A DNA stretch of 64,000 nucleotides, from positions 3,847-67,846 of the forward strand of contig CACYZN010000021.1 in the NCBI GenBank assembly GCA_902778925.1, in the 5' to 3' direction. Shown here piece by piece: positions 52,102 through 63,577 of the stretch (positions within the stretch are counted from its first letter, which is position 1; each line of letters begins with the position of its first letter). The notes beneath the pieces are model-generated. The model was not told the origin of the DNA and ran no database searches. It worked only from the letters and a program-made list of their open reading frames with translations. The DNA comes from an uncultured Bacteroidota bacterium (GTDB lineage Bacteria > Bacteroidota > Bacteroidia > Bacteroidales > P3). Made by a program: the position numbers and the translations under genes.

Positions 52102-54162
52102 TTGAAGACACAGCTTGAATTAGCCTGGCGGTATGTGGAAAATACCGGAACCAGCCTCTTCCTGACGGGCAAGGCCGGTACCGGCAAGACCACCTTCCTG
52201 CACGAGGTCGACGAGCGTAGCGTGAAGCGGCATGTGGTGGTGGCGCCGACCGGCGTGGCCGCCGTCAATGCCGGTGGGGTTACCATCCACTCCTTCTTCC
52301 AGCTCCCCTTCGAGCCCTACCTGCCCGAGGTGAAGGAACTGGTCACCGAGTACCAGGCCGGCCAGCGCAGCATGACCAAGAGCAAGCTGGCCACGATACG
52401 CTCGCTCGAACTGCTGATTATAGACGAGATCTCGATGGTGCGGGCCGACCTGCTCGACGCCATCGACATGGTGCTGCGCCAATGTCGGCACAGCAGCCGC
52501 CCCTTCGGCGGCGTGCAGCTGCTCATGATAGGCGACGTGCACCAGTTGCCACCCGTGGTCACCGAACACGAGCGGCCCTACCTCGAGCGGGTATACCGGT
52601 CGCCGTTCTTCTTCGAAAGCAAAGCCTTGCATCAGCTGCCCTATGTCACCATCGAGTTGCAGCATGTCTTCCGCCAGCAGGACGCCTGTTTTGTCGACCT
52701 GCTGAACGCAGTGCGGCAGGGACGTATGGACCCGCCGGTGCTGGCGGCGCTCAACAGCAGGCTGGGGCGTGCCCCCGAGGGCGCCATCGTGCTCACCACC
52801 CACAACCGGCAGGCCGACGCCATCAACGCGGCCCACATGCAGGCGCTGCAGGGCGAAAGCAGGACGATGGAGGCGCTTGTGAGCGGCACCTTCCCACAGG
52901 GTTCGATGCCGGTCGACGAACACCTGGTGCTCAAGGTGGGCGAGCGGGTGATGTTTGCCAAGAACGACTCGTCGGGCGAACACAACTACTACAACGGCAA
53001 GCTGGGCAATATCGTCGGCTTCGAGAGTGGCGATGACGGGGAAGAGGCGCGTGTGCTGGTGGTCGACGACGAAGGCGACACCGTCGAGGTGGGGCGCGAG
53101 GTGTGGGAGAATGTGCGCTATGTGACCGATACCAAGGACGGCACCATCAGTCAGGAAGTGGAAGGCCGCTTCGTGCAGTATCCGCTACGTCCGGCATGGG
53201 CCGTCACCATACACAAGGCGCAAGGCTTGACCTTCGACAGGGTGGCAGTGGATGCCGCCGAGGCCTTCGCCTTCGGACAGGTGTATGTGGCGCTGAGCCG
53301 TTGCCGCACGCTCGAGGGGCTGACGCTGACCTCGCCGTTGTCGGCGGGGGTGGCGGTGGGCGATGCCGGCGTGGAGGCTTTCTGCCAAAGCTGGCCGACG
53401 CTGCAGCAAGTGGAGGCCGCCGTGGACGACTGCGAGCGGCAGTACTACTATGAGCGGCTGGCCGAGACCTTCAGCATGGCCGGCGTGCAGCACGATGTGG
53501 AGCACGTGTACGAGGCCTACGGCAAGGTGCGCGGCATTTTCGAGAAGAAGTATGCGGCCATGCAGGCGCTGTACAACCATGTGTTGGAATTGGCTACCGT
53601 AGGCGAGAAGTTCGTAAGGCAGCTGATGTCCACCACACCCGAGCAGCACAAAGAACGGGTGCCGAAGGGAAGCGCCTATTTTCTGGAACAGCTGAAAGGG
53701 GTGCAGATGGCGCTGACGGCCCTGCTGGATGTGGACATCGACAACAAGGCCCACGCCAAGTTGCTGCGCGAAAGCGGTGCCGCCGCCCGCGAGACTATAA
53801 GACAGAAGATACTTCGTATAGAAGGTCCCGGCACCGACAACAAGGTCGAGAAGCCCAAGGCCGCCAAAGTCCGCAAGGAGGCAGCACCCAAGGCGCCCAA
53901 ACAGCCTAGGGCTCCCAAGGAAACCGTACCGGTCGAGACAGACGCCCGGAGCGAGGAGTTGGTGCGGCTGCTCTCGCTGTGGCGCCGCAGCAAGGCCGAG
54001 GAACTGGATGTGAAGCCCTTCATGGTGCTGCACCAGAAGACGTTGGTGGCCATAGTGGAAGCCCGCCCCAAGACCGAGGCCGAATTGCTGAAGATAGACG
54101 GCATAGGGCCTACCAAAGCACGCCTTTACGGCACAGAGATACTCGATATAGTAAATAGTTAA
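52102..54162 (+). CDS. PIF1/RecD-like SF1 helicase with C-terminal HRDC domain
   Basis: 686 aa with an apparent TTG start. Walker A is LTGKAGTGKTT and Walker B is LLIIDEISMV. QGLTFDRV is also present. The C-terminal segment FMVLHQKTLVAIVEARPKTEAELLKIDGIGPTKARLYG is HRDC-like. Confidence 0.75.
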   Translation: MKTQLELAWRYVENTGTSLFLTGKAGTGKTTFLHEVDERSVKRHVVVAPTGVAAVNAGGVTIHSFFQLPFEPYLPEVKELVTEYQAGQRSMTKSKLATIRSLELLIIDEISMVRADLLDAIDMVLRQCRHSSRPFGGVQLLMIGDVHQLPPVVTEHERPYLERVYRSPFFFESKALHQLPYVTIELQHVFRQQDACFVDLLNAVRQGRMDPPVLAALNSRLGRAPEGAIVLTTHNRQADAINAAHMQALQGESRTMEALVSGTFPQGSMPVDEHLVLKVGERVMFAKNDSSGEHNYYNGKLGNIVGFESGDDGEEARVLVVDDEGDTVEVGREVWENVRYVTDTKDGTISQEVEGRFVQYPLRPAWAVTIHKAQGLTFDRVAVDAAEAFAFGQVYVALSRCRTLEGLTLTSPLSAGVAVGDAGVEAFCQSWPTLQQVEAAVDDCERQYYYERLAETFSMAGVQHDVEHVYEAYGKVRGIFEKKYAAMQALYNHVLELATVGEKFVRQLMSTTPEQHKERVPKGSAYFLEQLKGVQMALTALLDVDIDNKAHAKLLRESGAAARETIRQKILRIEGPGTDNKVEKPKAAKVRKEAAPKAPKQPRAPKETVPVETDARSEELVRLLSLWRRSKAEELDVKPFMVLHQKTLVAIVEARPKTEAELLKIDGIGPTKARLYGTEILDIVNS

Positions 54163-55985
54163 ACCAGCTCGTCGAGTTCGAGCCAGCGCAGCTCCTTCTC
54201 GTCGAGGAGGGCTATGATTTCGCCTATGCGGTTGCTCATGGCGAGCAGCCGGTCGGCGTCGGCGACGGTGCCCGACGAGAGCAGTGCTTCCAGTTCGCTG
54301 CGCTCGGCCCCGAGGGCGGCAATCTCCTGCTCCAAGGCTTCGTACTCCTTCTTCTCCTTGTAGGTGGCTTTGCGCTTCTCGGGCTGTTTGGCCTTTTTCT
54401 CGGCGTACTCTACCTTGCGTTCGCCACTCTCCACACGCCGCTCTTCGTTTTCCACACGTCTCCGCTCCAGTCGGTACTGTGTGTAGGAACTGTGGTAGTC
54501 TTTTATCCTGCCGCTGCCTTCGAAGACGAAGATGTGGTCGACGATATGGTCGAGAAACGAGCGGTCGTGCGATACCACAAGCAGGCAGCCACGGTAGGTC
54601 TGCAGGAACTGCTCGAGGATTTGGAGGGTGTAGATGTCGAGGTCGTTGGTGGGTTCGTCGAGGATGAGGAAGTTGGGGTTGGCCATGAGCACCAGCAGTA
54701 GGTAGAGTCGGCGGCGCTCGCCACCGCTCAGGTTTTCGAAGTAATTGTACTGCGTGGTGCTATCGAAGCCGAAGTAGGAGAGGAACTGGTGGGCCGACAA
54801 CGAGCGGCCGTCGTCGAGTTCTATCTGTTCGGCCACGTCTTTCACAATGTCTATCACACGGTGGTCGCCAGCTGCCTTCATGCCACCTTGGGTGTAGAAG
54901 CCGAACTTGATGGTCTGGCCTACGACCACACGTCCCGAAGTGGGGCGCAGTTGCTCGGTGATGATGTTCAGCAGGGTGCTTTTGCCCACACCGTTGGGTC
55001 CGACAATGCCGACCTTCTCGCCGCGTTTGAATACGTAGCTGAAATCGGATATAAGGGGGGCGGTGGCTGACGTGCCGTTGTAGCAGATGTTGTACAGCTC
55101 GAGTATCTTGCCGCCGATGCGCTCAGTCTTGACGGTCAGCTGGGGACGCTTCTCGTCGAAGCGGGTGTGGGCTTTGGCCTCAAGTTCGTAGAAGGCGTCG
55201 ATGCGGGCTTGAGCCTTGGTGCCGCGAGCCTGTGGCATGCGGCGCATCCACTCCAGTTCGGTGCGGTATAGGCTGCGGGCCTTCTCGACTTCGGCACGCT
55301 GGTTTGCCTCGCGCTCGGCTTTCTTCTCGAGGTAGTATTCGAAGCCGCCACGGTAGTGGTAGAGGTGGGTGTCGGCCAGCTCGTAGATGTTGTCGCACAC
55401 ATGGTCGAGGAAGTAGCGGTCGTGGGTTACCATAAGGATGGCCAGCCGCTGTCGGGCAAGATAGTCCTCGAGCCATTCAATCATGTCGATGTCCAAATGG
55501 TTGGTAGGCTCGTCGAGGATAAGCAGGTTGTCGGCCGAGCCGGCATCGTAGCAGCTGTCGAGTAGCATGCGGCACAGGGCAACCTTTTTCTGCTCGCCGC
55601 CACTCAAGGTCTGCATCTGGCGGTCGAGCATGGAGTCCACCTTCATGCGGCTCACCACTTCGTCGCGGCGCTGTTCGAAGACCCAGGGCTCTTCGGCCTC
55701 GGGGCGTTTGAGGTTGTAGATATATGCTCTTACTGTGGAATCGAAGTTGCGCACTGCATCCTGTGGCAGATAGGCGATGTGCAGTTTCTCGCGTTTGGTG
55801 ATGCGGCCGCTGTCTTGCAGGGTCCGGCCCATGATGATGTCGAGCAAGGTTGATTTGCCAGCTCCGTTGCGGGCTATGAGGGCCGACTTCTGGCCGGCGT
55901 TGATGCCAAACGAGATGTCTTCGAAGAGGAGCTTCTCGCCGAAGCTCTTGGTAAGGTTTTCTATGGTGAGTAGGGCGTCTGCCAT
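54159..55985 (-). CDS. ABC-F family ATPase (Uup-like, no TM domain)
   Basis: Two ABC cassettes (ARNGAGKST and GPNGVGKST, with LSGGEQKK and LSGGERRR) and a C-terminal coiled-coil. Confidence 0.85.
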   Translation of the reverse strand: MADALLTIENLTKSFGEKLLFEDISFGINAGQKSALIARNGAGKSTLLDIIMGRTLQDSGRITKREKLHIAYLPQDAVRNFDSTVRAYIYNLKRPEAEEPWVFEQRRDEVVSRMKVDSMLDRQMQTLSGGEQKKVALCRMLLDSCYDAGSADNLLILDEPTNHLDIDMIEWLEDYLARQRLAILMVTHDRYFLDHVCDNIYELADTHLYHYRGGFEYYLEKKAEREANQRAEVEKARSLYRTELEWMRRMPQARGTKAQARIDAFYELEAKAHTRFDEKRPQLTVKTERIGGKILELYNICYNGTSATAPLISDFSYVFKRGEKVGIVGPNGVGKSTLLNIITEQLRPTSGRVVVGQTIKFGFYTQGGMKAAGDHRVIDIVKDVAEQIELDDGRSLSAHQFLSYFGFDSTTQYNYFENLSGGERRRLYLLLVLMANPNFLILDEPTNDLDIYTLQILEQFLQTYRGCLLVVSHDRSFLDHIVDHIFVFEGSGRIKDYHSSYTQYRLERRRVENEERRVESGERKVEYAEKKAKQPEKRKATYKEKKEYEALEQEIAALGAERSELEALLSSGTVADADRLLAMSNRIGEIIALLDEKELRWLELDELV

Positions 55986-55996
55986 GATGGGGAGGG

Positions 55997-56791
55997 TTAG
56001 TCGCAGAGTACGTAGAGGTCGTCGCGCTGGTTGAGTAGCAGCAACGGGGTGTGTGAAGGGTGGGAGAGAAGCCGCTTCTCGGGAACTCCGAGCAGCCAGT
56101 CGCCCACGTCGCGGTCGCGGCGGTCGGTGGTCATAGCTATAAGAAGTTCGGGCTTCAGCTGGTCAAGGGTTGCCACGTCGGGGCTGCCAAAGGCGGAAGT
56201 GGCCACGGTGGCGGCCGTATACTGTACGCCCAGTGAGCGATACATCTTGTCGAGGAAACTCATGTTGTTTCGCCAGCGGCGGCGCAGGTCCTGGTCTTTG
56301 TAGTCGGGACTGGCTACGGTGAGGTCGGTCTTTAGGAAACGGGCCATATAGGAGCCCCAGATTAGTTTCTCTTTGCTCTCGCGCCGGTGGTCGAGGGTGA
56401 GGGCCGTTGTGGCGGGCCAGTGGTCGGGGTCGGGTGTGCTGCCAGTGGGTACGACGAGGTAGGCCGACTTGCAGTTCGAGAATTGGCGCAACATGGTGCC
56501 GGGATGGGCCAGGCTGGTGCGAGGTGCCGAAGGCGAAATTGCCGTAACGGCCAGTATGCCACCAAAAGCGGAGGGCAGGCCTTCGATAGCGGTAGACCAG
56601 TTGCCTCGCAGTGCCACATAGGGTACGCCATATTCTTTTACCCATTCGGCTTTTGTGTCTTTGCTTACATTGAGCAGTATCACACCTTTGCCGTTCAGAA
56701 GGCGGGCACAATGAGTGGCGTAGGCAAGCACTGTGGCGGCGTCCTCTTGCCTGTCGACGCAGGCTATCACATGTTGGTCGGTCTTGGTCAT
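55997..56791 (-). CDS. Tandem universal-stress-protein-like (USP fold) protein
   Basis: 264 aa. The USP-like start is HVIACVDRQEDAATVLAYATHCARLL and the USP-like end is LLIAMTTDRRDRDVGDWLLGVPEKRLLSHPSHTPLLLL. Its ATG overlaps the upstream stop (ATGA). Confidence 0.5.
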   Translation of the reverse strand: MTKTDQHVIACVDRQEDAATVLAYATHCARLLNGKGVILLNVSKDTKAEWVKEYGVPYVALRGNWSTAIEGLPSAFGGILAVTAISPSAPRTSLAHPGTMLRQFSNCKSAYLVVPTGSTPDPDHWPATTALTLDHRRESKEKLIWGSYMARFLKTDLTVASPDYKDQDLRRRWRNNMSFLDKMYRSLGVQYTAATVATSAFGSPDVATLDQLKPELLIAMTTDRRDRDVGDWLLGVPEKRLLSHPSHTPLLLLNQRDDLYVLCD

Positions 56792-59700
56792 CGTATGAGA
56801 GTTATATCACCTTTGAAGTCGTTCTCTTTGTCAGCATGACAGCGTATGTGGCAGGTGTAGGTATAGACTCCTTGTAGGCATGGATGGTTGCGATAAGTGC
56901 CGTCCCAGCATTCGGCAGGATTGGTGCTCTGGTACACGCATTCGCCCCAACGGTTGAAGATGGCTATGCTGAACTCTGTCAGTTCTTCACCGTTGAAGCA
57001 CAGCCGGTCGTTGATGCCGTCGCCGTTGGGAGTGAATATATTGGGAACGGTGAACATTGGTGCACCACATATTACTTCGGAGCAGTGTACACAGACTTCG
57101 GCTGTCGAAGAGCATCCTGCGTCAACAGCCAGAACGGTGTAGCAGGTCAGAGTGTCGACGGGCGATGCTATTGGGTTCTGTGAGTAGGGATTGTTGAGGT
57201 CAGTGTAGGGCGACCATGAGTAGACTACATTGGAATTGTTGCTGTCGATGGCGGCATGCAGTTGAACGCTCTCGCCGATGTATACCTCGTCGGCGTCGGC
57301 CCAGGCATGCAGTCCGTCGAGGGAGTGGTTGCGTACAACAACAGTGGTATCGTTCAGCGGACATCCATCCGAGGTGGTTAGATTGGTGATGTAGACACCC
57401 TCGCAGAGGCCGTTGCGCAGCGTGTCGCGACAAGGTTGTTCCGGCACGGCACTGTAGTCGTAGCGCAGGCGTACCCATCCGGTGCAACTATCGGAGCAAA
57501 GCATGGTGGACGCTTCCTTGGTGTATATGGGGAGCGGTTTATTGTTTACACGGAAGTCTTGCTCGTAGAGACAGCCATAGCCGGTCACTGTGAGGTGGTA
57601 GGTCTGGTCGGGCACCAGACTGTCGACCCTGAAGTACCAGCGTCCAGACTGCAGAGTAGGAACTCCTATTGGCGCAGTTGGGTAGATGGTAATGCTTAGC
57701 GAGTCGGGCTCAATAGATGCTCCCATGCGGAATACAGCCGCCGCATCGATGCTATCGTGGCAGCTGTTGGCTATCGGGTTCCAGTCGTCGACCAAGGTGA
57801 AGTTCTGTACGTGGAAGGTGTCGGTCTGGGCGCAGCCAGTGGCGGAAGTGTGCAGCACGTAAGTGCCTGTATTATATACCCACGGGTTGGCTACCGTGGG
57901 GTCGCTCACCGGGTCGCCAGTCCATATGTAGGTGGCTCCAATGACGGGTGCCAGCCCTATCTGTGTGCCACCGTCGCCACAAGCTACTTGGGGTGTGTGG
58001 GTATGGCTGCTGTTGCTTAGCACAAGTACTGAGTGACGCTGAGTGTCGGCATCGGTACATCCGCCAGGCATACCTGCCACGAGGGTAACGGTGTAGACAC
58101 CGGCATTGATATAGGTGTGCTGCGGTGCGCGTTGGGTCGAGTAATTGCCGTCGCCGAAGTCCCATAGGAAAGCGTCGCCGCGGCCGGTATTGTTGAATTG
58201 TATGGTGTATGGAGCACATCCTGCGGCCGGTGCATTGAACTCGGCCACAGGGAAGTCGTCGGTTACATTGAAGCGGAAGAGGGCGTTGTTGCAGTTGTTC
58301 GATAGGTTGCTGTCGCTCCAGGCACCGGCAGTGGTGGGGAAGTTCTGTGTGCGGCCGCACGAGGCGCACACAGATTGGTATAGAGTGGCCAAGCGGTCGA
58401 AACGTGAAGTGCCGCCGTCGACATGGTCGCCTCCACCGTGGCTGTATGTCGACGTGCCTTGGTGTAGCTCGCCGAAGAAGGTTGCGTACTCCATGTTGTT
58501 GGCGTCGGCGTCGAGGCTGATGATGTAGAAATCCTGGCCGTCGGTAGAGTCTTGTTGGGCTGTTGCTGTGGTCTCCATGCCATGGGTGCCCAAGGTATAC
58601 CAATGTACGCCATTGTAGCCGACGAAGTCGCGCCCCCAGCCGGCGGCATAGATGCGGTTGCAGATGTCGGCCGCGAAGGCAGTGGGCGAGAGGTTGATAC
58701 GGCCTGTGGTGCCGAATACGGTGCTCCACTGTCTCTGTCTCAGGTCGGGTGAGAGGCGTGCCAGAAGCATGCCCGAACCGTAGACGCTGTAGCCTGCGTT
58801 GTGGATCATGGTGCTGCCGGTGGCTGCGGTTTGGCCGAAGAGGAAGACGTCGTTGTGGCGACCGGTGCGCACAAAGTATATCTGGTCGTATTGCTGTGAG
58901 CCGAAGTAAGTGCTGGCCATGAGACGTCGCCCGTTGTACGAAAGCAGGCTTACGAAGCCATCGGCAGAACCGCCTCCATACGTGGTCTGAAATGTGCTGT
59001 CGCTCACAGGGAAGTTCAAGCTGCTGGTACCGCCGCACACCACCACGTTGTAGGCACTGTCTATATCGACAGAATAGACGGCGTCGTCTTCCGTACCGCC
59101 AAGGTAGGTGCTCCAGATGAGGTTGCGCAGGTTATAGTCGAGCTTGAACACCACACCGTCCTGACGTGCGCTCCAGTTGGGCTGTATGCAGCCGGTGGTG
59201 GTGGGGAAGTCGCTGCTCATGGTGGTAGAGCCAACATACACGTTGCCTTGGTTGTCGGTGATGAGCTCGCCGCGTGCCCCGTCGCCATAGTTGTGGTAAA
59301 GCGAGTCGTTGCCTTGCATCACTATCTGCTCGGCATTGTAGTGCTGGCGGAAGTTGAGCCCGTCGTTGCCACTGCCGCCGATGTAGGTGGAGGCCTGCAG
59401 GCTCGTGCCGTCAGCGTTGAAGCGGCACACGAAGATGTCGCTTCCAGCGTCGAAATGTATTATGTTGGCCTCGTAGTCTATCGGGCTGCCACCGGCATGT
59501 GTGCTCTGGTAGGCTCCGGCAGTGATGGGGAAGTCGGTGCTGCCAGTGGTGCCAAATAGAAGTAACTCGTCGAGCGAGTTGACGAACATGCTGTGCGGCA
59601 TGTCGCTCGAGGCACCTCCCAGGTAGGTGGCCCAAAGTCGAACTCCGCCGCTGGTGTCGAACTTGAAGATGCCTATATCGACGCCGCCGTTGAAGTCTGT

Positions 59701-60561
59701 GTCGTAGGCGCCGAGCGATACAGGATAGCCGATAGCGAATACCAGACCTGCCGTGTAGGTGTTCTTGTACGAGTCGTAGGTGGCTGTTGTGCCCCAGTTG
59801 TCGGCCGTCGAGCCGGTGTAGGTGCTGAAAATAAGTGTCGGGTCTATTATCAGGTCCCGACTGTGGTCGTAGTCTCCGACCTCTACCCATACCACATAGT
59901 CGTCGCCGTCGCGCTTCACACGCCACCGGCTTGTCACCTCGCGGTCGCCTTGATACACATAAGGCTTCATCTCCACCACCTCGCGTACGCTCGTCTTCAC
60001 ATGTAGCATACCTTTGTGGTCCACGCTCACTCCCTCTGTACCGCTGTATCGCAGCGCCACCCGGCTGGCGTCGGCACCGGCATGTACCACGAAGTTGTAT
60101 TTCGCTGCCCGCTGTGCAGCATACAGCTCAAGGTCCACTCCGTCGTACACGTCGGTGCATCGTACCACAGCATAGGAGTTCACCCGTGAGCGCCAGGTCC
60201 CGGGATTGTTGCCTCGGAAGTAGTTGCTGTAGCCTTGCATGATACCTTCGCCCACAGGGGTTAATCCATCGCATCCTTCCACAACCACTCGGTAGGCATG
60301 ATAGCGTGGCGACTCGGTGCTGTATGGGGCAGGGTGGGGTACAGGTGTTCGTAGTGCGACCGTCCACCCGCGTTCTTCTATAAAGAGGGCGGCGTCGTTA
60401 AGCTGTGCTGCAAAGCGCACATGGGCGTCCCACTGGCCGATATTCTCGGTCAGCGCTGCCGCACGCCCCACGCCAGGCCCACCGTCAGTGGTGGCAAAAA
60501 CACAGCCTGGCGCAAGTAACAATAGCGTCAGTGTCAGTACTATATGCCGTACCTTGTACAT
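56788..60561 (-). CDS. Giant surface protein: SBBP beta-propeller repeats + PKD domain + T9SS type-B (gliding-motility) C-terminal domain
   Basis: 1257 aa. The SBBP-like repeats are ATYLGGASSD...GTTGSTDFPIT and STYLGGTEDDAVYSVDIDSAYNVVVCGGTSSLNFPVS. The PKD-like block is WDFGDGNYSTQRAPQHTYINAGVYTVTLV. The C-terminus is FTPNGDGINDRLCF...IFNRWGECVY...WDGTY...GVYTYTC...GDITLIR. Confidence 0.75.
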   Translation of the reverse strand: MYKVRHIVLTLTLLLLAPGCVFATTDGGPGVGRAAALTENIGQWDAHVRFAAQLNDAALFIEERGWTVALRTPVPHPAPYSTESPRYHAYRVVVEGCDGLTPVGEGIMQGYSNYFRGNNPGTWRSRVNSYAVVRCTDVYDGVDLELYAAQRAAKYNFVVHAGADASRVALRYSGTEGVSVDHKGMLHVKTSVREVVEMKPYVYQGDREVTSRWRVKRDGDDYVVWVEVGDYDHSRDLIIDPTLIFSTYTGSTADNWGTTATYDSYKNTYTAGLVFAIGYPVSLGAYDTDFNGGVDIGIFKFDTSGGVRLWATYLGGASSDMPHSMFVNSLDELLLFGTTGSTDFPITAGAYQSTHAGGSPIDYEANIIHFDAGSDIFVCRFNADGTSLQASTYIGGSGNDGLNFRQHYNAEQIVMQGNDSLYHNYGDGARGELITDNQGNVYVGSTTMSSDFPTTTGCIQPNWSARQDGVVFKLDYNLRNLIWSTYLGGTEDDAVYSVDIDSAYNVVVCGGTSSLNFPVSDSTFQTTYGGGSADGFVSLLSYNGRRLMASTYFGSQQYDQIYFVRTGRHNDVFLFGQTAATGSTMIHNAGYSVYGSGMLLARLSPDLRQRQWSTVFGTTGRINLSPTAFAADICNRIYAAGWGRDFVGYNGVHWYTLGTHGMETTATAQQDSTDGQDFYIISLDADANNMEYATFFGELHQGTSTYSHGGGDHVDGGTSRFDRLATLYQSVCASCGRTQNFPTTAGAWSDSNLSNNCNNALFRFNVTDDFPVAEFNAPAAGCAPYTIQFNNTGRGDAFLWDFGDGNYSTQRAPQHTYINAGVYTVTLVAGMPGGCTDADTQRHSVLVLSNSSHTHTPQVACGDGGTQIGLAPVIGATYIWTGDPVSDPTVANPWVYNTGTYVLHTSATGCAQTDTFHVQNFTLVDDWNPIANSCHDSIDAAAVFRMGASIEPDSLSITIYPTAPIGVPTLQSGRWYFRVDSLVPDQTYHLTVTGYGCLYEQDFRVNNKPLPIYTKEASTMLCSDSCTGWVRLRYDYSAVPEQPCRDTLRNGLCEGVYITNLTTSDGCPLNDTTVVVRNHSLDGLHAWADADEVYIGESVQLHAAIDSNNSNVVYSWSPYTDLNNPYSQNPIASPVDTLTCYTVLAVDAGCSSTAEVCVHCSEVICGAPMFTVPNIFTPNGDGINDRLCFNGEELTEFSIAIFNRWGECVYQSTNPAECWDGTYRNHPCLQGVYTYTCHIRCHADKENDFKGDITLIR

Positions 60562-60705
60562 TTATTCCGACTACAAATTTACTATTTTTTCCCGATATGC
60601 AAATACAAATCTTCCAAAAACAGCCCCCATAGTCGATGTCCATATACAAACAATAGCCGCAGGCCAGTGCCTGCAGCTATTGCTTGTTGTACTATTTGTG
60701 TGCCG

Positions 60706-61455
60706 CTATGCTTTCAGCAGGAAGTCGATGTTGCTGCGGAGGCCGTACTCTTTGGTGTTGGCCATGTTGGTCTTGAAGACCTTCATCTTGTTGGCCTTGC
60801 CTATGAGCTTCAGCTTGCCGTCCTCAAGCAGCAGGGCGGTGGCTTCGCGTATGGCGGCGACGGTGGCCTTGGGGTTCACCATGATGTATTCCTTCAGTCG
60901 GTCGTCGCGGGTCTCGCCGCCGTGCTTCGGGTCGAAGAAATCGGTGTAGTGCGGGTTGATCTGGAACGGCACCAGACCCATGCAGTCGAACGAGGCGGGC
61001 ATGACGATGGGCATGTCGTTGGTGGTGCACAGGGTGGGACCGGCCACATTCGAGCCAGCGCTCCAGCCCATGTAGGGCATGCCGTCGAAGGCGCGTTGGC
61101 GGATAGCCTGCATCAGGCCCGTGCGCTGCAGCTCACGCACCAGGTGGAAGGTGTTGCCACCGCCCACGGCCACGCAGTCGGTGTCGTATACGGCGTTGAT
61201 GGGCAGCGCCTTGTGGTGCACCGAGGTGAGCTTCACGCCGAACTCTTTGTACACGGCAGCCACCTTGGCCTCGTAGGCGTCGTAGCTCTTGGTCAGTCCG
61301 CCTTCGGCCAGCGACACGCCGGCGTAGGGTACGAAGAGCACTTTCTTCACGTTGTGCCGACGGCAGAAGTCGGCGATCATGTCCTTGCACCAGCCGAGGT
61401 ATGCCTCGCCGCGCATGGTGCTGTTGCTTATCAATAAAAGATTCCGTTTATCCAT
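60706..61455 (-). CDS. pepE: Dipeptidase E (peptidase S51)
   Basis: ATG 61455 gives MDKRNLLLISNS. GGGNTFHLV, GWSAGSNV and INPHY are S51 motifs. Confidence 0.8.
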   Translation of the reverse strand: MDKRNLLLISNSTMRGEAYLGWCKDMIADFCRRHNVKKVLFVPYAGVSLAEGGLTKSYDAYEAKVAAVYKEFGVKLTSVHHKALPINAVYDTDCVAVGGGNTFHLVRELQRTGLMQAIRQRAFDGMPYMGWSAGSNVAGPTLCTTNDMPIVMPASFDCMGLVPFQINPHYTDFFDPKHGGETRDDRLKEYIMVNPKATVAAIREATALLLEDGKLKLIGKANKMKVFKTNMANTKEYGLRSNIDFLLKA

Positions 61456-61463
61456 AATTATTT

Positions 61464-61498
61464 CAATTCTCAATTATCAATTATCAATTTTCAATTAC
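61464..61498. repeat. (CAATTNT)x5 heptamer tract filling the gyrB-pepE spacer
   Basis: CAATTCT CAATTAT CAATTAT CAATTTT CAATTAC, read directly. Confidence 0.85.
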
Positions 61499-61499
61499 C

Positions 61500-63455
<1,956 letters not shown>

Positions 63456-63474
63456 TTATTTCAAGATTAGATTG

Positions 63475-63482
63475 CAAAGATA
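63475..63482 (-). promoter_or_regulatory. -7 box TATCTTTG for gyrB
   Basis: Plus strand CAAAGATA lies 32 nt upstream of ATG 63443. Confidence 0.45.
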
Positions 63483-63577
63483 CAACCTTTTTTTCAATTG
63501 GCAGTGCTTTTTTTTGAGCCATGTTTCAACATTTTTTCAACCACCTTCACCCCGTCCTCACCTCTATCGCTCCCCAT

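Noticed and set aside
61441-61499. A replication origin near gyrB (TTATCCATA, a one-mismatch DnaA box at 61441-61449, plus AT-rich repeats).
   Set aside because: There is only a single imperfect box, which lies inside the pepE start region. There is no dnaA or dnaN gene and no box cluster.
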